This document shows, piece by piece, positions 19,975 to 29,165 of a stretch of DNA of 64,000 nucleotides. This stretch comes from Vampirovibrionales bacterium (GTDB lineage Bacteria > Cyanobacteriota > Vampirovibrionia > Vampirovibrionales > JAJTHC01): positions 20,818 through 84,817 of the forward strand of contig JBIIZQ010000005.1 of the NCBI GenBank assembly GCA_044346175.1. Reading direction: 5' to 3'. The translations under genes were made by a program, and so were the position numbers. The notes beneath the pieces are model-generated. The model was not told the DNA's origin, ran no database searches, and saw nothing but the letters and a program-made list of their open reading frames with translations. Position 1 is the first letter of the stretch; each line of letters begins with the position of its first letter.

Positions 19975-21171
19975 ATGATGATGCGTCTCTCTTCTTTAGC
20001 TTCACCTATGGCGTTTAGTGCCACAAACCGCTTAAGTCGTTCTCAGCAAACACCTAACACGCAAGTACAAAGCCGATTTGGCGATGCAGGATGCCCTGTC
20101 TGTATTTCTCGTGCTGCACTGAGTGATACGGTCGAAAAGCTTGTTAAAGGCGATGTTGTGATGCCCTCATCCGTCATGGCGAATGTATTGAAAAACGTAG
20201 ACCCCAGCATCCAACGTCCTGAGCAAGTACAGGCACGTATTCCGCACTTTAAAGCAACACGCTTAGCCCCCATTCGTTCAAGTGATGTACCTGCACTGAT
20301 GCTTACCACCTTAGGGCTTCCTGACCCTTTGAAAAAGGATGTCATTAGAGGCATGAAGCACTATGAAAATGTCACTCAGTATCCTGATGTCCCTGTACAG
20401 GCTGTCGCAGTGCCTCAAGATGAAGCGGTTGCTGCCTTTACAAATCGTAAAGCAGGTACCGATGATGCACACCAGGCTCAAATGTTGGCAAAATGGCTTA
20501 ACCCTGACACTCAAAAAGCCAATACCCACCGGTTTTTTGTAGACCTTGTGCCTGTGCCTTTAAAGCAAACGCTTGAAGCCAAGCAACATGCCGATTTGCC
20601 TCAAACGCTTACCGTGGTTCATCATACCGTGAGTGGTGAGGGTCGTATCAATGGCGAGGTTAAAAAGATTCCCGGTGGTTTGACGACCCTTGGTGTACTT
20701 TCCATGAAAAAAACAGGTCATGACCACAGCCAGTTGTACATATTCCATAACAAAGAACTCCCTGGTATGGAAGGGTTTGGACAGCCTGCCGCAGGGTTGA
20801 TGAATGTGATTGCCATGGTTGCAAACCGTGAAGAAGGCTTCAAACAGGTACAATCTTTATCGGTTCGTGTGCCTAAAGACCAACCTGACCTTAAACACTA
20901 CATCCACAAACTTGCACAAAAAGTAGATACGCCTTTAAAAAAAGAAGTGAAGGATGGCGGAGAAGTCCTAACATTTGAGCATGTTTCAGGGTTTAAAGGA
21001 CACATGGACAAGCTTGAAGAAGCCTACAATGAAATCTATAAGCACCATCAAAAAGACCTTGGTACGAATACGCTTGCGCCTGCTACCTTCCAGTTTTTAC
21101 ATGCCATTCGTCCCTCTCAGTTTCTTTCTAAGGATGCTGCAAATGCCAATGCTTTTGCATTAAAGCCTTAA
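19975..21171 (+). CDS. Hypothetical protein (398 aa)
   Basis: A long ORF following a 1.15-kb AT-rich non-coding gap. No recognised motifs. Confidence 0.4.
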   Translation: MMMRLSSLASPMAFSATNRLSRSQQTPNTQVQSRFGDAGCPVCISRAALSDTVEKLVKGDVVMPSSVMANVLKNVDPSIQRPEQVQARIPHFKATRLAPIRSSDVPALMLTTLGLPDPLKKDVIRGMKHYENVTQYPDVPVQAVAVPQDEAVAAFTNRKAGTDDAHQAQMLAKWLNPDTQKANTHRFFVDLVPVPLKQTLEAKQHADLPQTLTVVHHTVSGEGRINGEVKKIPGGLTTLGVLSMKKTGHDHSQLYIFHNKELPGMEGFGQPAAGLMNVIAMVANREEGFKQVQSLSVRVPKDQPDLKHYIHKLAQKVDTPLKKEVKDGGEVLTFEHVSGFKGHMDKLEEAYNEIYKHHQKDLGTNTLAPATFQFLHAIRPSQFLSKDAANANAFALKP

Positions 21172-21252
21172 GGTAACGCTTGGGGTTTCGTCACGAGTAT
21201 TTCAAAATCGTGGCGAAACCTCAAGCCCTCTGTATGTCCCCTGTTTTCATTT

Positions 21253-22803
21253 GTGCCATTGATTCTCTGTCTGCCTGTCTGTGGGAAAGCTTTTATGACA
21301 CTTGCTGTCACCTCTCATATGCCCTCCTATGCCACAGTACAAGCCCCACGAGGTGCATTTCCTCAGCGGGTTGATAATCTTAATAGCACACCCCTTGCCC
21401 TTGATAGTTTCTTTTCACGTACCGACTCTGCCCTTTACGCCTACCCTAAACAAAATAATCCTATCGCTCCTCACTCTGATGTATTTACCTCTGTCACGTC
21501 AATAACAAGCGATGTAACCAAAGTGCCTGTTTGGTCGCAGACACTTTACGGAAGTGGTGGTATCAATGCAGCAGGACGTACTATGTCTGAAGCCTCTCGG
21601 AGAGATGCCACACGTCATAATCCCTTCAGGCTAGAGTCCCATCCACCACAAAAGCCTTCACCGTCTTCTTCTCCAGATACCCTAGAAGAACAAAAAAATT
21701 ACGTACCCGTTACCGCACTTCAAGTTTCGGCACCCCTCTTGGAACTGCGTACTCAAAGTGAGCATGCCACCTCCAAGCGAGAGAATACAAAAACGCTTTT
21801 CCATTTTGATTTACCTGTGAGTGGCATTCTGGTTGCTTACCTAACACGTTATTATCATTTGAATCATCATCCAACACTCAACACGTGTCGCCAAGTGGGT
21901 CAATTGCTTGCAAAAGGACAGAAGCTCCAAAAACTTGTCCCGAAAACATTACAAGAAGCGGATGCATCTCTCAGTTCTCCCATACGCTACGACCTCCTTG
22001 CTTCTCCTGAAGCACTCTATGATAAAAACAAAAGTATCAGGCGTACACTCCTTCACCAAGCAGATACCTTATTCAAGGACCGTCCTGCACTGCTCCAAGC
22101 GTATAAAGAACTCATTGCTAGCCATGCAAACCAAATTGCAGCTTCGAGTAAAGAGGAACAACAAAGACAAGCACGCAAGGGGATTCATCAGTTACCTGGT
22201 AAACTTTTAACGCATGAGCTTCCCCAAACGTGGGAACCCAATAAAAGCCTTAAGCTAGCCTATACGCAAGCGGCTGAAAGTTTAGAACATAACCGAAAAG
22301 CAACTTGGCAAACACTCCATGAAGCCTTAGAAAAAACCCTTCAAGTACAAGCGGAACATACTCACTATGCAAAGGCATGGCATGCTTTAAATAAAGAGCG
22401 GCAAGGGATGCTTAACCTCATGGAGAGCGATGCTCCCCAAGCACAGGGCTTTAAACTAGGGTTCAGTCCAAAGCTTTACCCTTTTAAGCAGTATGCTAAA
22501 GAGCTTGGTTTATCACCTGATACTTACAGTAAACAAGCTGCTTGGCGACCGATGGTAGCCCTTCATCAGTTTTTAGCAGATAGCCATAAGAGTATGGCGC
22601 AAAAGCTGCATCAAGCAGGGCAAATTCAACACTTGGGTACTCGTTGGGCAGGCTTTGCCGAGACGTTTCGTCTTTCACAGAAGCGTGCCGTTCAGTTTGC
22701 GAATGTGGAGTCTTGGATTATGGGCGTTGCTACAGTGGGCATGATTACCCTAGAAAGACGGGTTCATCAGGCGAGTGAACGTCGTGACCAAGCACAAGCC
22801 TAA
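21253..22803 (+). CDS. Hypothetical protein (516 aa)
   Basis: A long ORF with no recognised motifs, co-directional with 19975..21171. Confidence 0.4.
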   Translation: MPLILCLPVCGKAFMTLAVTSHMPSYATVQAPRGAFPQRVDNLNSTPLALDSFFSRTDSALYAYPKQNNPIAPHSDVFTSVTSITSDVTKVPVWSQTLYGSGGINAAGRTMSEASRRDATRHNPFRLESHPPQKPSPSSSPDTLEEQKNYVPVTALQVSAPLLELRTQSEHATSKRENTKTLFHFDLPVSGILVAYLTRYYHLNHHPTLNTCRQVGQLLAKGQKLQKLVPKTLQEADASLSSPIRYDLLASPEALYDKNKSIRRTLLHQADTLFKDRPALLQAYKELIASHANQIAASSKEEQQRQARKGIHQLPGKLLTHELPQTWEPNKSLKLAYTQAAESLEHNRKATWQTLHEALEKTLQVQAEHTHYAKAWHALNKERQGMLNLMESDAPQAQGFKLGFSPKLYPFKQYAKELGLSPDTYSKQAAWRPMVALHQFLADSHKSMAQKLHQAGQIQHLGTRWAGFAETFRLSQKRAVQFANVESWIMGVATVGMITLERRVHQASERRDQAQA

Positions 22804-24374
22804 AAAGCCATGACAGGTGCCATAATGGCATCCTTCATGCCATGGATGATTTTTTTGTCCTTCGGGCATCCCGTTGCTAACACACCCGCTAGGGTTGTTT
22901 TTTCTTCAACAGGATGGACAATATAATAGGGGCAGAGTCTTACTCGTGCTTCAAATGGATAAGCTTGTAGTGTGTCTGTATTCAGGGCATGCCAAGGTAC
23001 AACCTGCGTGTTGTGATAAGGCTGTAAAATATGAGGGGTTTGGTGAAAATCATCCAGAGCCTTCTGAAGGGCTTCAGCCCAACCCTGACTTGCGTGGTCA
23101 TGACCTATCACAACGCCTCTTGAACCCCAAGCTTGAGGCGAAAATCCAGAGGGTTTTATTACCCATTGCCGTGCTTTTTGACTTGCCGTTTTAAGCAAGT
23201 GCCAAGAGGCTAAGGGTTTACCCTGATAGACGAGTGTAGGCGTATACGCTGCAGAGGGTGGTAAAGGCGTGGGGTCAAGCACCCAAGTGGGTGGGATGAT
23301 AGCATCTAAAAGCGTGATAGCACAAGACGATTGTAGTAAGGGGTACTTGGTACGCATTTTTTGCCAAGAAAGCTCCCAAAAAGGCCGTAGTGCTGGATGA
23401 TGCCACAAAGCCGCCATCATTTTTTCCTCTAGGTGAGGTTTAATAGGTGGGCTACACACCAGCCATTGCTTTTTAATCGCATGAACGATTAACTCGGCGT
23501 TAGGTAACGAGGTGACATCAAAGCATTCAAAAAAACGATACAGGACATCTACACGGTGTACTTTGCCCTGAAAATCAAAATATAGCCCATCAGCAAGGGG
23601 AAAGAGGTCTTTAGGGTGCAGGGCTATTACGCCTGATTGCTCAAACCCGCCTAGGGCTTGCGTAATGAAGTACTCCCATTCTGGTGCATAATCCTTCGCT
23701 TCATCAGAAATGCACACCACAATATGAGGAAAAGGCTGTCCAAACGTTGTAATAGCTTGGCGACGTTTTTCGGAAAGCCCTGTTTGAACCAAAGCTCGAA
23801 AAGCCTGAAGCCATGTGGTGGCTAAATCCTTAGAGGCCGGTGGTAGATAGGGGTTACCATCCATGTCATGGTAATAGGACTGAAGTGCCTGCGTAAAACC
23901 CAACCCGCCAGGAATGGCATCCACTTCACAAAGGGTTAAGGTGTCCCCCTCACCCCAAAGTAAATCAGGACGAATGACCAAGGGGATGTGGCTTTTTTGT
24001 CGTTTGTGGCGTGCAAGGTCAATCACCATTTGTGGTTTTCCTTGGTCAAGCCACTGAGAAACCCAAAGTGGTACCTGCTCAGGGTGGGTTTGTTTCCAGC
24101 TTTGTTCGTAAAGGGTATCCAATGCGGTCAGCCACCAATGTAGTGCGTCTCCTATGGCTGCTAGCTTTGAAGTAATGGCTTCAGGGAGTGGTAAAGGATA
24201 GGCTGCTAACTTCCAAGAGGGTGTATGGGCTACGACCTCTTGGAAGTTAGCCTGCCCCTGATACAACCCCTCCCAAGTAGGGAGTGCTGTCGGTAAGGGG
24301 ACGGGTCGTATGATTGGCTCATCACTAAGCGTATGACTCAAAGCGGTGCTGTAAGAAGCAGAGGAAAGTGTCAT
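22800..24374 (-). CDS. Hypothetical protein (524 aa), possibly an ATP-grasp-like or circularly permuted ligase fold (speculative)
   Basis: A long ORF. The C-terminal half has weak resemblance to ATP-grasp-like families. No firm motif. Confidence 0.35.
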   Translation of the reverse strand: MTLSSASYSTALSHTLSDEPIIRPVPLPTALPTWEGLYQGQANFQEVVAHTPSWKLAAYPLPLPEAITSKLAAIGDALHWWLTALDTLYEQSWKQTHPEQVPLWVSQWLDQGKPQMVIDLARHKRQKSHIPLVIRPDLLWGEGDTLTLCEVDAIPGGLGFTQALQSYYHDMDGNPYLPPASKDLATTWLQAFRALVQTGLSEKRRQAITTFGQPFPHIVVCISDEAKDYAPEWEYFITQALGGFEQSGVIALHPKDLFPLADGLYFDFQGKVHRVDVLYRFFECFDVTSLPNAELIVHAIKKQWLVCSPPIKPHLEEKMMAALWHHPALRPFWELSWQKMRTKYPLLQSSCAITLLDAIIPPTWVLDPTPLPPSAAYTPTLVYQGKPLASWHLLKTASQKARQWVIKPSGFSPQAWGSRGVVIGHDHASQGWAEALQKALDDFHQTPHILQPYHNTQVVPWHALNTDTLQAYPFEARVRLCPYYIVHPVEEKTTLAGVLATGCPKDKKIIHGMKDAIMAPVMAF

Positions 24375-24400
24375 GGGTAAAATGCACCGTGTTACGCAGC

Positions 24401-25621
24401 TTAGGAAGATACGAGGCTGGCATCTTGAGCAACAGCAAGTGCCGCCGTAACGTAGGCCTCTAATTTCGGTAACACGTTTGCCATGACTTCAGCACGAGTC
24501 CCTTTTACGCTACAACCAGCTGCCATGGTGTGTCCACCACCTTGGTAGTAATGTTCTGCAAAGTGTGAAACATCGATGCGTGGTGTGAGGCTTCTAAAGC
24601 TTATTTTGGTAAGGTTAGGCGTATTCTCTTTAAAAAAGGCACACGCTTGCACCCCTTTTAATTGACGAAGCACATCAATCCCACCTTCAGTATGTTCTTC
24701 ACACGCATTTAAACTTTCTAAATCTTCGGGTGAAACCCAGCTATGGGCAATCGCCCCTTGGCATATCAATTCAGTACGCTCAATGACCCGCCCCATGAGT
24801 TTAAGTTGGCACAAAGGGGTTTCTTCGTAAATATCACGATACAATAAATGCCCCTCGGCACCCGCTTCGGTTAAACGCTTTGCTAATTCAAACACCTCAG
24901 GGGTACTATTGGGGTATTTAAAATTGCCTGTGTCGGTCATTAAGGCGGCGTAAAGATTCACTGCAATTTCTCGAGTAAAGGGTACCTTCATGGCATCAAT
25001 TAAATGTGCCACGACCTGCCCAGTGGCACTGAGTTCAACATCTACCAGATTCAGCGTTCCAAAACGCTCGTTACTTACATGATGGTCTAAGTTGACTCGA
25101 ATAGGTGCTTTGTCAAAAATCTGTCCATTAAACCCTAAACGTGCTTTGGAGCCACAATCAAAGCTTAAGCTCATGTCATAAGTATTCAAGTAGTGTGATT
25201 GATGCAACTCAGATTGCAATACGACATCAATCCCAGGTAGTCTGTGGTATATATCGGGCTTTTTGCCTTCCATTGCCACATGCAATACCTCAATATGAGG
25301 GTAATGCGTGATTAACGCACTTCTTAATGCCAGCATAGACCCCAGCGTATCCCCATCAGGATTGACATGCACCGTCATGAATACTGTACGTGCCTTTCCA
25401 AGCAAGTCAGCCACCTGCTGATAATCTGCCAAAGTAGGTGTAGGGTGCAAGGAATGGGAAGATGAATGGGAGTGGGGGTGCGTTATCATGCGAGTGAGTG
25501 AGAGAGAAGGATGCGAGCGTAAAAGAACATTCGCACAGTGTGACAAAAAAGAATGGACCCTAATGGTTAAGCCTATACACGAATAAAAACAGGGTGCCAA
25601 GATAAAGTGTGAGTTCGACAC
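24401..25621 (-). CDS. DHH/DHHA1 phosphoesterase (NrnA-like nanoRNase/pAp phosphatase; candidate c-di-AMP/pApA phosphodiesterase)
   Basis: DHH motifs HVNPDGDTLGS and NLDHHVSN, and the DHHA1 GGGH motif (YYQGGGHTMAAG). The N-terminal ~60 aa (His/Ser-rich) is probably not translated. Confidence 0.75.
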   Translation of the reverse strand: MSNSHFILAPCFYSCIGLTIRVHSFLSHCANVLLRSHPSLSLTRMITHPHSHSSSHSLHPTPTLADYQQVADLLGKARTVFMTVHVNPDGDTLGSMLALRSALITHYPHIEVLHVAMEGKKPDIYHRLPGIDVVLQSELHQSHYLNTYDMSLSFDCGSKARLGFNGQIFDKAPIRVNLDHHVSNERFGTLNLVDVELSATGQVVAHLIDAMKVPFTREIAVNLYAALMTDTGNFKYPNSTPEVFELAKRLTEAGAEGHLLYRDIYEETPLCQLKLMGRVIERTELICQGAIAHSWVSPEDLESLNACEEHTEGGIDVLRQLKGVQACAFFKENTPNLTKISFRSLTPRIDVSHFAEHYYQGGGHTMAAGCSVKGTRAEVMANVLPKLEAYVTAALAVAQDASLVSS

Positions 25622-25763
25622 TATATAATATCAATATAGTATCAAGCCATGCCCTCAAACCACACTTTGTGAATATTTTGTATCATAAAGCATTCACAGG
25701 CTTTAGTGTACTGTAAACATAGCCTAGAATATAGCCTTTTACAGGAGGAGTGTTAGGACTTAA

Positions 25764-27854
25764 TCACTCAATACTACCTACGGCATTGACCTGAATATCT
25801 GGAATTAACTCCGAGTAAGACAGCACGGAAATCATGGGTAAGTGGCGGTCAAGGAGCTGATAGAGAGGAAGTCGAATGCGAGGGGAACACAGAATGACAG
25901 GAACACGGTCATACTGCTGTTGCACGGCTTGAAGCGTTTGGGCAGTGACTTCAACCAGTTGTTGGACTTGTGCTGGATTAAGTAAAAACATGGTACCTAG
26001 TTCAGTACGCTGACAGGAATCATCCAGTGTGCGTTCCCAATCGTTGGAGAGTGTAATGGCGGTAATACTCTTGTTTTGGTCTGCTTGCATGACACAAATT
26101 TGTCGTCCCAAAGCCGAGCGGATGCGTTCGGAGAGGACATCAGGTTCTTTGCTGAAACGTGCATAGTCGCTCAGACGCTCAAAGATAAACTGCACATCCT
26201 TGATAGAGACCCGCTCACGGATAAGATTGACAAAGATTTTACGTAAATCGTTGGGTGTAAGCATTTGAGGTACAAGCTCTTGGACGAGAGAAGCGTCATG
26301 CTGGCGTACAAGCTCCATCAGCTTGAGTACATCCATTTTGGTCATGACTTCATCGACGTACTTAATGGTGATTTCCTGCAAGTGGGTAATCACAACATCG
26401 GTGGCTTCCACAGCGTGGGCTTGAATTTCAGGCGGAATCTGTTCAGGTTCCAGCCAAAAAGCAGGGGCATTAAATGAGGGGTCAATGTCTTGAACCACGT
26501 CTGCTGGAGGCTCCTGTCCCGTAGACTGGTAAATAGGTGCCAGAATCATATAACGCCCAGGATACACATTCCCAGAACCTACAGGGTTTCCTCGAATTGA
26601 AATAAGATATTCAAACTGTCCTATGGACATACTATCCAAAATACGCACATTGGGCAGAATAAAACCAAGTTCATCCGTAAGGCGGTTACGTAGCCCCGCA
26701 ATTTTACCTAAAAGTTGGCCATTCTGTTCGGGGTCAGCGATTTGGAGCAAGTTCATACCCACTTGAACACTCACAGGGTCAACACCAAGCTTTTGATACA
26801 TACGGTTGGGGTCAACCATTTGGTTCATTTCTTCTTTTACGCCCTCCAGTTGTGCCATTTGTTCGGTCATGTCTTTATTCAGAAACACACTAACCCCAAG
26901 CACAATAAGCCCTATTGCCAAAGGGAGGAAAACATACCAAGGTAATCCTGTAATGGGTGCACTGAGTGCAATAAGAAGCATGAACAAGCCTGAGAAAATC
27001 AAGCTAAAGGGTTTTAATTGAAGGGTTTGTAAAAGGTCTTTTGCCAAACTATCTGTTTGGGCGGTGGAACGTGTCATGGTAATACCAGCGGACACCGACA
27101 TCATTAAGGCAGATACTTGTTGGGTTAAACCATCCCCGATGGTCAAAATGGAGTATTTATTGATAGCCTCTTCAAAGGGCATTTGCTTAATGGCAATCCC
27201 AATGGCTAATCCTCCAATTAAGTTAATCAGGGTAATAAGAATCCCAGCAATGGCATCCCCTTTTACGAACTTCATGGCACCATCCATGGCACCATAAAGG
27301 GCGGATTCTCGTTGTAATTCTTCACGACGACGCTGGGCTTCATCAGGACTGATGAGACCTGCGTTAAAGTCGCCGTCAATCACCATCTGTTTTCCAGGCA
27401 TAGCGTCCAATGCAAAACGAGCCCCGACTTCTGCCACACGCTCTGACCCTTTTGTGATGACCATGAAGTTAACAATAATGATGATGATGAAAATAATCAT
27501 CCCCACCAATAAATCGCCCCCTGTGACAAACTTCCCGAAGGCGATAATCATTTCTCCTGCTTCCCCGTGGGCAAGAATGGCTCGGGTGGTTGCAATCCCA
27601 AGGGCAAGACGAATCATTGTACCCACCAAAATGACAGAAGGGAAAGTCGCCATTTCAACTGGGTTTTTGACGAAAAGCGACATCATCAATAAGAGAATCC
27701 CAAGGGCGATGTTGATACAAATAACCACGTCAATCAGCCACTCGGGTAACGGCATGAGGATGATAAGAATCAAGCCCAAAATACCGAAAACCAGTGCAAA
27801 TTCACTGGGTTGCGGGAGGGTAAACCCCATGGGATTATCAGAAGCCATCATCAT
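25764..27854 (-). CDS. flhA: Flagellar/T3SS export apparatus protein FlhA (SctV family)
   Basis: Full-length alignment to FlhA, including FGKFVTGGDLLVGMIIFIIIIIVNFMVITKGSERVAEVGARFALDAMPGKQMVIDGDFNAGLI and GAMDGAMKFVKGDAIAG. Confidence 0.85.
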   Translation of the reverse strand: MMMASDNPMGFTLPQPSEFALVFGILGLILIILMPLPEWLIDVVICINIALGILLLMMSLFVKNPVEMATFPSVILVGTMIRLALGIATTRAILAHGEAGEMIIAFGKFVTGGDLLVGMIIFIIIIIVNFMVITKGSERVAEVGARFALDAMPGKQMVIDGDFNAGLISPDEAQRRREELQRESALYGAMDGAMKFVKGDAIAGILITLINLIGGLAIGIAIKQMPFEEAINKYSILTIGDGLTQQVSALMMSVSAGITMTRSTAQTDSLAKDLLQTLQLKPFSLIFSGLFMLLIALSAPITGLPWYVFLPLAIGLIVLGVSVFLNKDMTEQMAQLEGVKEEMNQMVDPNRMYQKLGVDPVSVQVGMNLLQIADPEQNGQLLGKIAGLRNRLTDELGFILPNVRILDSMSIGQFEYLISIRGNPVGSGNVYPGRYMILAPIYQSTGQEPPADVVQDIDPSFNAPAFWLEPEQIPPEIQAHAVEATDVVITHLQEITIKYVDEVMTKMDVLKLMELVRQHDASLVQELVPQMLTPNDLRKIFVNLIRERVSIKDVQFIFERLSDYARFSKEPDVLSERIRSALGRQICVMQADQNKSITAITLSNDWERTLDDSCQRTELGTMFLLNPAQVQQLVEVTAQTLQAVQQQYDRVPVILCSPRIRLPLYQLLDRHLPMISVLSYSELIPDIQVNAVGSIE

Positions 27855-27949
27855 GTTTCAGTAGTTTCTAGGACATAAGTCTCAAAAAGTATCAAGGGTA
27901 TGTAAAAAGATAAACGTTCGTCTCAACCTAATGAATGCTCACGCTCACT

Positions 27950-28930
27950 TTAGGAGGGGTTATCAGAAGCTTGGATAGGTGCACCAACCACCGTCTGATT
28001 TAAGCCCAACAAACTCTTTAGCGATTCTAACTGAGTACTAAACCTAGCATCAAGCATACCATTTTTTGTTTCTATCATACAGCTACCCAATTCAACATTA
28101 AGGTTTTCCTCTACGCTAATTTTACCTTCTAAACGAAATGGATTCGGGTGTTCCGCAAGCCATTGCTCAACCACGACGATATTTTCAGGATGGACATGCA
28201 CAATAAGCTGCTTGGCGTTACGGTCACTTTGACGAAGGCTGTCTTTTAACAAATGTAAAACAAGCTCCGGGTCGCAGGTTGCTTCAGTTTTAATAATTTT
28301 TTCTACTAACTGGTAAACCAATGGTAAGAGTTCGTCTTTGACGGACTCAAAAGCTTTTTCTTTGGCAGACAAAATACTCTCAATACCATCATGTAGGGTC
28401 AAAAGCTGCTCCTCTAAGCGTCGTTCGGCTTCTTCATACCCTTGTTTAAGCCCCGCTTCGTAACCATCTTGATACCCTTGTTGACTCGCTTCCTGATAAG
28501 CGGACTCTCTAAGCACTTGCAGGTCTTCTTGAAGTGTATCGGCAAGAGGCAAAGCACGAGGCGATTGAGGACTATCTTCTGCTAAACCGTACTCGGTATG
28601 CACTGCGACTGTATGGTTTGAAAGTGTCTCATGAGTTTCATGAGGCAAACTATCGGCACTAAAAATGTCAGAAATAGGGGGTGTTTGAAAGGAGGCTGTT
28701 TCCTCTATGATAGATGCCGCATGAGGATACTCAGCTGTAGGATGAAACCCTTGGGTAGGCATTGACGCAGAGGGCATGGGATACTGTGCATAGAGTGGTT
28801 GGGTGCCTAAGGTTTCTTCTTCATCGAGGTAAGAGGGTGCTTGTAAAGCAGCATCTATAACCCCTCCCCCTAGAGGAGGCGTGCTACTGTGCATGAGCTG
28901 GGCAAGTTGTTCTTTTGTTAATTTAGCCAT
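27950..28930 (-). CDS. FliH/SctL-like export ATPase regulator (putative)
   Basis: The central E/Q-rich segment QQGYQDGYEAGLKQGYEEAERRLEEQ has the Gx3G-type repeats typical of FliH/YscL/ATP-synthase b-like proteins. It lies immediately upstream of flhA. Confidence 0.45.
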   Translation of the reverse strand: MAKLTKEQLAQLMHSSTPPLGGGVIDAALQAPSYLDEEETLGTQPLYAQYPMPSASMPTQGFHPTAEYPHAASIIEETASFQTPPISDIFSADSLPHETHETLSNHTVAVHTEYGLAEDSPQSPRALPLADTLQEDLQVLRESAYQEASQQGYQDGYEAGLKQGYEEAERRLEEQLLTLHDGIESILSAKEKAFESVKDELLPLVYQLVEKIIKTEATCDPELVLHLLKDSLRQSDRNAKQLIVHVHPENIVVVEQWLAEHPNPFRLEGKISVEENLNVELGSCMIETKNGMLDARFSTQLESLKSLLGLNQTVVGAPIQASDNPS

Positions 28931-29075
28931 GGGTATCTATGCACCAAGTTTAACACCATACATGTATGAGAAGCCTACTTTTTACTGTACCACAATGAAG
29001 CTCCTTCAAATGCCCTATATTGAAACCACCTCCACTGAATAGAGGACTAACCCTCAAGAACGCTAGCTCAAACAC

Positions 29076-29110
29076 AAAAGAGGTCTTTCCTTAAGGGAAA
29101 GACCTCTTTT
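29076..29110. terminator. Bidirectional rho-independent terminator (13-nt stem with T/A runs on both sides)
   Basis: aaaaGAGGTCTTTCCttaaGGGAAAGACCTCtttt lies just 3' of the minus-strand bc operon (29166) and 5' of the FliH/FlhA operon. Confidence 0.7.
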
Positions 29111-29165
29111 AACACGTAAAAGGAAATGACAGAACCAGTAACACGATTCAGCCTAGCATACCTCG

